A program made the position numbers and the translations under genes. A stretch of DNA of 64,000 nt. Source: Terrimicrobiaceae bacterium (lineage in GTDB: Bacteria > Verrucomicrobiota > Verrucomicrobiia > Chthoniobacterales > JAATET01). Below the pieces are notes generated by a model, which saw only the letters and a program-made list of their open reading frames with translations, had not been told where the DNA came from and did no database searches. Below are positions 18,414-26,970 of the stretch, piece after piece. Where the stretch lies: assembly GCA_028713285.1 (NCBI GenBank), contig JAQTOP010000008.1, forward strand, positions 1,572-65,571, given 5' to 3'. How positions within the stretch are numbered: position 1 is the stretch's first letter; every line of letters begins with the position of its first letter.

Positions 18414-19199
18414 TCACGCCGGGATGACCTCCTTCGACATGCGCTTCCGATAGACAGCGATTTTCCCTTCGGCACCGACGGAGTCGAATTCCGCAAAACT
18501 CCCGATGCCCCTGTCGCCGGCGGACAAGCCCAGGACCACAAGCGTGCCGCCGTCCTTCACGAGATGAAAAGCGTCGGCGGCGGGCAGCCCCGCGGCATCG
18601 ACAATCAGCGCATCCACCCGCGCGGCCCGACCGATGGACTCGACCTCGACCCGCTCGAACCAAATGGGCGCCAGCGCTCGCACCAGTGCTGCGAAATCTT
18701 TCGAAATATCCCCCGCTGCAAAAACGTGAACCGGCGCGCCCCTCCACCGCAGCAGCGCGATGACTCCGGCGAACAGGTCGGGCGTTTCCAGCCGGATGGG
18801 GCCAATGCCGTCCGCCTCGGCCCGCGCGATGGCGCGCGTCAATGCCTCGATCTCCCCGCGCCCGAGCGCCACGCCCAGCGCACCGGCCCATTCCCGCAGG
18901 CTCGCGAGCTGGAATTCCCCTGCGAAGCGCGAATTCATCCCCGCGGCGAACGGCGCGAGCCCGCCATGGCGCCGCGCCAGATTCTCCTGGATGCGAATCA
19001 GCCCGCGGTGCAATCGCTGCAGTTGCGGCATCGTCGTGTCGCGCTCCAGACCGAGCTTGATGGAAAGGATCGTCCGCTCGGCCTGCAACAGGCGGCGCTC
19101 GATGTCGTCGAATTGCCGGGCCAGCCGGCGGCGGGTGGCAAGCAGCAGCGCGACCGTCAAAATCGCGCTGAGGAGGACGGAACAAATTACGGCGGGCAT
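18414..19199 (-). CDS. Bitopic membrane protein: N-terminal TM helix, coiled-coil segment, C-terminal globular domain of unknown function
   Basis: MPAVICSVLLSAILTVALLLATRRRLARQFDDIERRLLQAERTILSIK..., with ATG at 19199. I recognise no family. Confidence 0.45.
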   Translation of the reverse strand: MPAVICSVLLSAILTVALLLATRRRLARQFDDIERRLLQAERTILSIKLGLERDTTMPQLQRLHRGLIRIQENLARRHGGLAPFAAGMNSRFAGEFQLASLREWAGALGVALGRGEIEALTRAIARAEADGIGPIRLETPDLFAGVIALLRWRGAPVHVFAAGDISKDFAALVRALAPIWFERVEVESIGRAARVDALIVDAAGLPAADAFHLVKDGGTLVVLGLSAGDRGIGSFAEFDSVGAEGKIAVYRKRMSKEVIPA

Positions 19200-19224
19200 A
19201 AGATCGTCTGGGAATGCAAGGCTG

Positions 19225-19518
19225 TTACGAATCGCGGGATTCCTCCGCGCGTTTGCCGGCTTCCAGCGCGGAAAGCCTGAGGTCGAGGCGGAGACCGACC
19301 GCAGCAACTCCGTCCACCATCGCCGCGAGATTGCGCACCTCGTCGGCGTTCGCTTTGCCGGCAAGGGACGGCTCGATTTGCTGAAGCTTCCCGCTCCACA
19401 TCTTCTCGAGTTCCCGAAGCGAACGCTCGGTGCTCCTGCGCAGCTTCGCGAGCCTGACCGCCAGCGCAATCGTCGCGGCGCTCGAGACGAGTGCGATCAA
19501 TGAGAGCGCGTAAATCAT
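19225..19518 (-). CDS. Small bitopic membrane protein with a coiled-coil tail
   Basis: MIYALSLIALVSSAATIALAVRLAKLRRSTERSLRELEKMWSGKLQQ.... Start chosen at ATG 19518, downstream of the upstream stop at 19541. The N-terminal architecture parallels the next gene. Confidence 0.4.
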   Translation of the reverse strand: MIYALSLIALVSSAATIALAVRLAKLRRSTERSLRELEKMWSGKLQQIEPSLAGKANADEVRNLAAMVDGVAAVGLRLDLRLSALEAGKRAEESRDS

Positions 19519-19540
19519 GGCATGTGTTTCGGCGGCGGCA

Positions 19541-22500
19541 TCATTTCCAGACAATCAATCGTCCCCGCCGCGACGGGGAGAATATTTCCCGAAATTCCGC
19601 GACACGATCGCGAAAAAATCCTGAGACCTGATGCCGCACGTTCAACCGCATGAGGGCCGTCCCCCAGGCGCGCAGCCATTGTTGAATTCGATTCGCGACT
19701 CCGCCCTGTCCCGCTCCGACGTTCGCAACCTCCGCCGGGTGAACATTGAGGGCGGCAACATACGCTTTCCGCAGGTGGACCACTGCGTCGCCCGCGCCGC
19801 GCGGGACCTTGATCACCGACGGATCGAGCAGCAACAGCGTGCCGGGGCGTCCGCGGGGGATCGCCGCGGGATCGGCGATTTCCCGCAACAGGCGATAATC
19901 CGGAAGCGGACTCGAGCCCAGTGGCGCATACCGCTCACTCCACACGGCTCGAATGCCGGGATCGATCTTCATGCAGCCGGCCAGCGCCGCCGACCCGTCG
20001 CCATCGCCTTCGCAAAAGACAAGCGTCGCCGCGGTGCGAATCGGATGGGGCAGCGGATCCACGCGGCAAAGGTCGGCGGCATTGCACAAAACGACGGCGA
20101 CGGCATTCTTCCCAAACCGCTGCGCGAGGGTGGAAACATTCCGTTGCGCGGCGGCGGGCGCCGGGCAGGAAATCACGTTCCATTCCCGGCTCAAAAATCG
20201 ATCGAGCCGGCGCCGCGCCACGTCGCCGACTGCGACGGCGACCGTCGCCGACGCCGCGTCGCGGAAAAATCGCGCGGCAACGTCGCAATCGTCGATGCGT
20301 CGGCGATGCAGCCGCGTATAGGGACCGAGCAGCGTTCGCCCTTCGGATTTGTCCCGGCGGACGCGATCCAGCCGAAAGACGGAGTCCTGGAAAATTCGGC
20401 GCGAACCCTCCACATCGAGTTCCGCGAGCGCCCTCTTGCGCGCGGCCAGCGCCCGTTCCCGAAAGATCGCCGGCTCCTGCGCGAGCCGTCGGAGTGCGTC
20501 GTCGAGGGCGTCCGGATCCGGCTGGGCGACAACAACCGCGGCACCCAGCTCACGGGCTCGTCGAACGGTCGCGATGGTGTCCGGCCCGATGACAATCAAA
20601 GGCGCACCCGAAGCGAGACACTCGGGCAATTTATTCGCCATCGAAAACTGCGTGTAGGCGCGGGTGCGGTCGTCGAAATTGTAGGCGATCAACACGGCGC
20701 CTGCGGACGAGAGCAGCCCCGGATAATCCGCCTGCTCGACAGACGGCAGCACCTCGACGCCGCGGAACTCGCGGAAGCGCGCCTGCGCGATCTTCAGCGC
20801 CGCGGGCAGGGCGTAGATCTCGAAGCGAATCGGCAGCTCCGCGCCCAGCTCGCCCACGGCCCGGGCGAGCATTTCCACGGCCGCCAGCGACATGTCCTCG
20901 GTGAGCCCTCCGCAATACCGGATGACAAGGGGTTCGCCCCGCTCGCGATAACGGTCAACGGGCGGCCAATCGGCGGGATCGATGCCGTTTGCGACGGGTG
21001 TGAAATCGAATCCGTAACGTTCGCGATAAGCCGCGCTCATCGCATCGGAAATGCTCAGCCGCGCGTCGGATCGCCGCAAAAGCTCGCGCAGCGTGGGATC
21101 GACACGGGCATGGAGCGCGGGATTCTCCAGCCGCAGACGTTCCGGCCAATCATCCATGATGTGGGTGATCACGGGCACGCCGAGCCGCTGGACGAGTTCC
21201 CATCCGAGTTCGACAAATTCCGGCGGGCTCTCGGTCGGGCGAAAATAGATCACCTGTGGATCGAAATCCCCGCACTCGCGGAGCACGTCCTCGCGGGTGA
21301 GTTTCGCCTCCTTGAACGCGGGATGCTCCGCCGGACTGTGCAGGCGGAAAAACGAGCCGTCCCGCGTGCTCAATGGCCGCACCTGAAGGATGCTCTCCGC
21401 CGGCCAGTTCCTGAACAGCGCCGACTTCAACTGCCCGGTCGCATTGCGGGCGCCGATCTCGGTGAAGTCGATCACGAGCATCCGGGGGAGATTCGCCGGA
21501 CGGCTTTGCAGGGCGGGGATGTGGGACGGCGTGACCGTGCCATATTCCCGACCCATCTTCTCGCCCTCGCCGATCAGCTCCTCGAGCTGCCGGCAATGGT
21601 CGAGATAGTAGTCGTTGTAATCGATCGCGAAAAATCCCGGATGCACACGGCGGATGTTCTCCATTTGATCATTGATCTGGGTGCGCTGGTTGTGACGCCA
21701 GAAATAGCCGTCCTCGTCCAGCGGACGCCCGTCGCAACCGAGCAGGCAAATCCTCCGCGCAAATGTGGAGGCCAGCGGAAGCATGAGGTAGGTGAGAATA
21801 TTCGCCGTGGTGAAAACGCGAAATTCATTGGAGAGGTCGAGATTGAAGCCGTTGGGCTTGTCGGACGGGATGCCGATCGTGCGCCCGCGCAGCTCGGGCA
21901 TCGCGTCGGTCAGCAAACCGTAATACCGCATCGGGACGATGATCGTGTAATCGTGCCGCGCGCAGGAGTCGCGCAGTTTCCGGCGGAATTCCGCCGCGTA
22001 TTTCGACGGGCCGAAATGGAATATCGGATCGGCGAAAACGAGAAGCCTCGGACGCACCCAGGCCATGAGTTCCTCGTCGAGAATCGCGCTGTTGCAGATA
22101 ATGGAAATCGCACCGTCGAAATTCGTTTCCTTGAACGCCGCGAGCGACGGACCCGTCGCCAGGCAGCAGGCCGTCCCCGCGCCGCCGCACTCCTCCACCA
22201 GCCGCGCGAACCGGCTCCGGCATTGCTCGATCTCCGCGTAGCGATCCGCGCGCAACTGGAAATTCAACTCGACCCAGTTTCCGAATTCCTGCCGGGAGCG
22301 AATCGGATCGCAGCGGAGAATTTTTTTCCGGTTCAGCGCTTCGATCCATTCGCCTTCGGAGAGCAAATCCCATTGCGGCGGATCTTCCGCAAGCACCACG
22401 AAATCGCTCCCGGCCAGATGCTCGATCACTGCCTCCGCCGAAGGCGCTGCGACGAACCGCACCCGCGGCCGCAACGCCGGAAAGTTCCCGGCGATGGCGG

Positions 22501-22720
22501 GATCCATCAGCTCCGGCACGCTCCACTCGACATCGGCGAGCGACGCATCAGAAATAAAAACAACGCATTCGCGGAACGAGGCGGTTCCGATGGCCCAGGC
22601 CATGCGGGCGAGCAGGTCGAGCAGCTCGCTCCCGCTGCGGATGAGCGGCAGCACCGTGAGGCGCGATGCGATCACGAGAAGGACAACGCCCTTTCCGGCG
22701 CGGGTGCGGACTTCAGCCAC
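19541..22720 (-). CDS. Giant multidomain transferase: N-terminal domain, DUF115/MptE-like module, GT4-like GT-B domain, and about 270 aa of unknown C-terminus
   Basis: ATGPSL, IICNS, YAAEFRRKL, NILTYLMLPLASTFARRICLLGCDGR and HPGFFAIDYNDYY are paralogous to 10897..12894. They are followed by VITHIMDDWPERL...ISDAMSAAYRERYG...MANKLPECLASGAPLIV (GT-B like). The start is uncertain: ATG 22720 overlaps the upstream gene by 49 nt. Confidence 0.7.
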   Translation of the reverse strand: MAEVRTRAGKGVVLLVIASRLTVLPLIRSGSELLDLLARMAWAIGTASFRECVVFISDASLADVEWSVPELMDPAIAGNFPALRPRVRFVAAPSAEAVIEHLAGSDFVVLAEDPPQWDLLSEGEWIEALNRKKILRCDPIRSRQEFGNWVELNFQLRADRYAEIEQCRSRFARLVEECGGAGTACCLATGPSLAAFKETNFDGAISIICNSAILDEELMAWVRPRLLVFADPIFHFGPSKYAAEFRRKLRDSCARHDYTIIVPMRYYGLLTDAMPELRGRTIGIPSDKPNGFNLDLSNEFRVFTTANILTYLMLPLASTFARRICLLGCDGRPLDEDGYFWRHNQRTQINDQMENIRRVHPGFFAIDYNDYYLDHCRQLEELIGEGEKMGREYGTVTPSHIPALQSRPANLPRMLVIDFTEIGARNATGQLKSALFRNWPAESILQVRPLSTRDGSFFRLHSPAEHPAFKEAKLTREDVLRECGDFDPQVIYFRPTESPPEFVELGWELVQRLGVPVITHIMDDWPERLRLENPALHARVDPTLRELLRRSDARLSISDAMSAAYRERYGFDFTPVANGIDPADWPPVDRYRERGEPLVIRYCGGLTEDMSLAAVEMLARAVGELGAELPIRFEIYALPAALKIAQARFREFRGVEVLPSVEQADYPGLLSSAGAVLIAYNFDDRTRAYTQFSMANKLPECLASGAPLIVIGPDTIATVRRARELGAAVVVAQPDPDALDDALRRLAQEPAIFRERALAARKRALAELDVEGSRRIFQDSVFRLDRVRRDKSEGRTLLGPYTRLHRRRIDDCDVAARFFRDAASATVAVAVGDVARRRLDRFLSREWNVISCPAPAAAQRNVSTLAQRFGKNAVAVVLCNAADLCRVDPLPHPIRTAATLVFCEGDGDGSAALAGCMKIDPGIRAVWSERYAPLGSSPLPDYRLLREIADPAAIPRGRPGTLLLLDPSVIKVPRGAGDAVVHLRKAYVAALNVHPAEVANVGAGQGGVANRIQQWLRAWGTALMRLNVRHQVSGFFRDRVAEFREIFSPSRRGRLIVWK

Positions 22721-23586
22721 TTCGCGGCGAAGCGCGCCAGCTCGTCGTCGGAATAGAAATGGCGCGCCGTTCGCGAAGCGTATTCGGACTCCAGCAAATT
22801 GGCGTCGAGCGTGAGCAAGTTGAGAAATTCTTCGTAGAGCATTGCGTAGGGCTTGTTATCCGAGTCGTTCGCGCGCCGGAGTTCGAGTTCCGCGGAGGGC
22901 GCGAATGCCGCCGCCCAGGGCGAGCCCGCCAGCCATTCACGCACTCCCGGAGCGAAGGCGGCGGCCAAATCTTCAAGGCGGAGCAGCAGGAGATGGACGC
23001 TTCCGTTTCGATGGATCTCGTATCCCCGCTCTCTCGCGAACGGACGGGCGAACACATCGATGCCGAATACCTGCTTCATTTCCTCATCGAACCATCCGTC
23101 GATAAACTCCCGCGGGTAGGTCCGTTGGAAGAGCGCCACGAGCTCGCGAGCCACGCGATGGATCCCATCCGGCGTCGCGCGCACGGGTCTCCTGCGCAGG
23201 AGTTCGAGGCACAGGTCGCGCGAATCCTGCGGAAGATGATGCACCCAGCCCCGGCGGAGGTTGTCGAAGAACGCCGAGACGTTGCGCCCGACGGGCTCGC
23301 GGACCAGCGAGAGAAGATACCAATCGGCCGCCGCGATGCCCTTTGCCAGACGTCCGCTCAGCTCGATGCTCGCAAGGAGATTCCATTGCGGCTGGAATCC
23401 GGGCCTGGCCTGCGAGCGGCCAATCCATTCGCGAATCGACGCCAGCACGGCCCGCTCGCTGAGCACGTGCGTCTGGAAAATCCTCTCCCGTGGCAAATGG
23501 CGCCGCAGGGTCTCGAGGACGCTGGTCGAGCCGACCTTGCCCACCTGGTGCACGCAGAGGATTGCGGGCTTCATCGCGGCGCTCAT
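22672..23586 (-). CDS. Putative PAPS-dependent sulfotransferase (divergent)
   Basis: LCVHQVGKVGSTSVLETL matches the hhhHxPKxGxTSh 5-prime-PSB pattern with P replaced by G. LVREPVGRNVSAFF matches the RxPxxRxxS 3-prime-PB pattern. ATGA overlap at 23583-23586. Confidence 0.65.
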   Translation of the reverse strand: MSAAMKPAILCVHQVGKVGSTSVLETLRRHLPRERIFQTHVLSERAVLASIREWIGRSQARPGFQPQWNLLASIELSGRLAKGIAAADWYLLSLVREPVGRNVSAFFDNLRRGWVHHLPQDSRDLCLELLRRRPVRATPDGIHRVARELVALFQRTYPREFIDGWFDEEMKQVFGIDVFARPFARERGYEIHRNGSVHLLLLRLEDLAAAFAPGVREWLAGSPWAAAFAPSAELELRRANDSDNKPYAMLYEEFLNLLTLDANLLESEYASRTARHFYSDDELARFAAKWLKSAPAPERALSFS

Positions 23587-26500
23587 TCGGCGCGGGGAAC
23601 CAATGCCATCCCGAACAGGCGAAACGCCGCGCGCTCAGGGGCGGCGGCCTGATGGTGGGCTCGCTGCCGGGGATAGAGCGTGATGCGCTGCGTGCCGACC
23701 GAGCCGAAGATGGGAATCTCCACGGTGCGGAGGTCGTTCGGGGAAAAGTTCAGCTCGAACTCGCCCAGAAAACGGGCGCCATTGCGAACGGACAAGGCCT
23801 GCTGCTTGAGCGGGCAGGTGTAGAGTATCAACAAATGGTAACGGCCGCCGCGTTCGACGGTGAGATCGAATTCCGCTTTCGGGCCGTAAACCCAGGAGCA
23901 CTTCATCGCCCTGCCGCGGCGGGTGGCGGGCTCGAACCGGTCGAAGCCGGATCCCCAGCGCACGAAACCCTGATGGACGCGCGCAACGGCCGGCTCGGCG
24001 GGCTTCGCGACCGGCAGCACGATCTTGCGTCCGAGCCTGCGGCCACGCCCGGCGAGGGCGTCGCCAAGTAGGCGGTGCAATTGGTTGAGCGTTTTCTCCG
24101 GAGCGAAGCGGTTCCTTGCGATCACCGGCGCGAGGCCGGAGAAGGAAGCCGCCGTCGCGGCATTGGACCAGATCTCCAGGATCGCTCCGGCGAGGCGTTG
24201 CGCGGAAATTTCATCCGCCACGATGCCGGTCCACCCATCGAGGACGGCTTCGGAAACTCCGCCGGTGCGAAAGCCGATCGATGGCGTGCCGCAGGCCGCG
24301 GCCTCGGTGAAGACCTGGCCAAACGTCTCGTCGCGACTCGGCCCGACATACACGTCGGAGGCGGAGTAGATGCGCGCGAGCGATTCCGGGTCGTTCACGT
24401 AGCCGAAGCAACGCAGATTCTCGCGCGGGAATTGCGCCGCACTCTCCTCGCGACCGAGGCAGCCGAGCAGCAGATTCGGGATGCCCGCGAGCTCGATGGC
24501 CTCGAGCAGCAAGTCCACGCCCTTGCGCGGATCGTCGAGGCGGCCGGCGGAGAACAGCACGAGGAACGCGTCTCCCGGGATGCCAAGCATTCGGCGGCAG
24601 GTGAGGCGATCCAATGGCTGGAGCGAACCGAGCGGCAGCGGGAGATTCACCACGGCGGCGCGCTGAGCGGCGCCCTGCCGGGCGAGATACGCATCCGCGA
24701 CATCCGCGACCGCGCGGCTGTTCGTGGCGATGCGCACCGGGGTCCCGCCGAAATGAAGCAGCCTCTTCGCCGCCCAGGCGGCGTGAATTTTCTCCGGGGC
24801 GAGCGCCGGGTATTCCGTGGGCGTTGGGCAGGCCGCGTCGCAGCCGGCCAGAAACTTTTCGCAGCCCTGCATGTAGGCGCACCGGCCCGTGATGAGCCAG
24901 TAGTCGTGCATGAAGAAAATCGCGGGACATCGCTCGGAAACGAGCGACACGACTTCCTCGCCGAGGTTCGCTCCGTGGAGATTGCCGAAGAACACCACGT
25001 CGGGGTCGCCCGCCAGGAGAACGTCCGCAAGCTGGATGGGCGACAACGGATCGGCCGGACGCAGGACGTCCTTCGCGCAGAGACAGGTAACGACATGCCC
25101 GCCGAGTTGCAGTGCTTCGACCAGTCGGCGGTGGCCGATTCCCGCGCCGAAGCGAAAGCCGTTGTCGTTGAAAAAAACGATCTTCAGCCGCCTCGTCTCC
25201 TCGACGGGCGATGGCTGCGGCACTGCCAGGCCATTCCCGGAGGCGAAGGCATCGCGCAGCCCGCGCAGCTCCGGCTCGTAGTTCTGCGTGAGGAAGGTTT
25301 TTTGCTCATCGTGCTTCCGGAAGAGCGCGATGGGCGCGCCGATCACCACAAGACGCGCTCCGGCCAATGCCATGCGCAGCCACAGCTCGTAATCCATGCT
25401 GAAGTGCAAATCCTCCCGCACGCGGCTGCCCGCGCGCTCCCAAATCCCGCGGGTGAAGAGCACCTCGGGCTGATAGAAAAACTGCCCGCGCAGCCAGCAA
25501 TCATCGAGGTTGAGCAAATCCTCCAGGGGCAGTAGGCCATCGCGGCAGCTCGTGAGATGCCGGCTTTCGACGCGGCCGTCCTGCCGGACCTCCGCGACGC
25601 CCGCGACCATGTCCGCGCCGCTGGTGACCAGGGCAACGACCGCGGCGGCGAGCGCGCCGGGAGCAAGCATGTCGTCGCTGTTCAACCAGGTGACGATCTC
25701 GCCGGTGGCCTGGCGGAATCCCTTGTTCAACGCGTCGCTCTGCCCCTTGTCCGGCTCGCTCACCCACGAGGCGAGATGCGCATCGTAGCGCTTCAGAATC
25801 GCAACGGTTCCGTCGGAACTTCCACCGTCGCAAATGATGTGCTCGATGTCCGGATAGTTCTGACGCAGGACGGAGAGGATATTCTCCTCGATGTAACGCC
25901 CCTGCTGAAAGGACGCGGTGATGACGGACACGCGCGGCCAGGGCTGGCCATCGGGCATCGCGGAAGGCAGGCAATCTGAAACGGGCGCACGGGGCCATGC
26001 CCGCAAATCCCCCTGCCCTCGAACGGCCTCGCGACGCGTTTCGCCCAGGATTTCCTCCACAGCGCGCCGCAATCCATCGTCTGTCCCGTCACCCGCGAAA
26101 GCTGCTGCCAGCAGCGATGCCGTTCGCGCAAAGGGTTCCGCCCCGAGTCCGGCGGGCCGCCGGCCATTCACCCGCGTGAGCTCGATCTCACCGCCATCCG
26201 ATCCGCGGAAATCCGTCGCGTCGGGCATCGCGGAGCCGTCCAGCCCGGCGATCCGCGTGCCGATAGCGCCATACTCCGCCGCCGCGCGCAGCGCCTTCTC
26301 CAGTCGATCACCGCGCGGCCTTTCCGCGAACCAGATCCAGGACGGACAAATCGGGACTTCGCGCAAGAAATCCTCAAGGGAAAGCGGCGCGACGACCGGC
26401 CGATTTTCGGCCTCGCCGACCTCCGCCAGCGCGGCGCGCGCCGCCGGAACGGAACCGGTCAGCACGTAAACCTCGCGCACACCCGCGGAGGCCAGCTCCC

Positions 26501-26600
26501 GCCAGACCGGCGAGATCGAGCCGGCGCCGGCCACAACGAGAATGGGACCGGACGATTCGCGCACGGAATGTGGCAGCCTTTCCAGATCGAGCGAAGTCAC
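23583..26600 (-). CDS. Giant multidomain glycosyltransferase: unknown N-terminal domain, GT2, GT1, and an unknown beta-rich C-terminal domain
   Basis: GT2: VSVITASFQQGRYIEENILSVLRQNYPDIEHIICDGGSSDGT...DKGQSDALNKG...WLNSDD. GT1: PSRDETFGQVFTEAAACGTPSIGFRTGGVSEAVLDGWTGI. I recognise no signature in the first ~230 aa or the last ~150 aa. Confidence 0.8.
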   Translation of the reverse strand: MTSLDLERLPHSVRESSGPILVVAGAGSISPVWRELASAGVREVYVLTGSVPAARAALAEVGEAENRPVVAPLSLEDFLREVPICPSWIWFAERPRGDRLEKALRAAAEYGAIGTRIAGLDGSAMPDATDFRGSDGGEIELTRVNGRRPAGLGAEPFARTASLLAAAFAGDGTDDGLRRAVEEILGETRREAVRGQGDLRAWPRAPVSDCLPSAMPDGQPWPRVSVITASFQQGRYIEENILSVLRQNYPDIEHIICDGGSSDGTVAILKRYDAHLASWVSEPDKGQSDALNKGFRQATGEIVTWLNSDDMLAPGALAAAVVALVTSGADMVAGVAEVRQDGRVESRHLTSCRDGLLPLEDLLNLDDCWLRGQFFYQPEVLFTRGIWERAGSRVREDLHFSMDYELWLRMALAGARLVVIGAPIALFRKHDEQKTFLTQNYEPELRGLRDAFASGNGLAVPQPSPVEETRRLKIVFFNDNGFRFGAGIGHRRLVEALQLGGHVVTCLCAKDVLRPADPLSPIQLADVLLAGDPDVVFFGNLHGANLGEEVVSLVSERCPAIFFMHDYWLITGRCAYMQGCEKFLAGCDAACPTPTEYPALAPEKIHAAWAAKRLLHFGGTPVRIATNSRAVADVADAYLARQGAAQRAAVVNLPLPLGSLQPLDRLTCRRMLGIPGDAFLVLFSAGRLDDPRKGVDLLLEAIELAGIPNLLLGCLGREESAAQFPRENLRCFGYVNDPESLARIYSASDVYVGPSRDETFGQVFTEAAACGTPSIGFRTGGVSEAVLDGWTGIVADEISAQRLAGAILEIWSNAATAASFSGLAPVIARNRFAPEKTLNQLHRLLGDALAGRGRRLGRKIVLPVAKPAEPAVARVHQGFVRWGSGFDRFEPATRRGRAMKCSWVYGPKAEFDLTVERGGRYHLLILYTCPLKQQALSVRNGARFLGEFELNFSPNDLRTVEIPIFGSVGTQRITLYPRQRAHHQAAAPERAAFRLFGMALVPRAE

Positions 26601-26632
26601 AAATCAGAATGCCGAAAATTCGGCGGGGCAAA

Positions 26633-26968
26633 TCACTTGCCGCGGAAGAGCAGGCGGCGAGCCTGCCAGAGCACCAGCCGCAGCGTGCCGGAGGCGGATT
26701 TATAATCGTTTACAAGCGCCTGCAACCTCCCGAGCCGCTCGGTCATTTTCGCCCGCTCCTCCTTCGCCGCAGCGTGCGCAGCCTCCACTTTGCGCAGCCG
26801 CGCCAGATCGTCGGCCTGCGTGCCGCAAATGGATTCGAGTTCGTGATACTGCCGCTCGAGCATCTCGACGCGAATCCGGCCGTCCTGCGCCTCCGCGCGA
26901 GCGTGGTTCAGCTCCGAAATCAGATCGGCAATCGCCGCGGGCGGCGCAGGTTGCTCCGGACTCGCCAT
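26633..26968 (-). CDS. Small coiled-coil protein
   Basis: The 111-aa sequence MASPEQPAPPAAIADLISELNHARAEAQDGRIRVEMLERQYHELESICGTQADDLARLRKVEAAHAAAKEERAKMTERLGRLQALVNDY has heptad-like charged/hydrophobic periodicity. It starts 2 nt after the upstream stop. Confidence 0.45.
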   Translation of the reverse strand: MASPEQPAPPAAIADLISELNHARAEAQDGRIRVEMLERQYHELESICGTQADDLARLRKVEAAHAAAKEERAKMTERLGRLQALVNDYKSASGTLRLVLWQARRLLFRGK

Positions 26969-26970
26969 CG

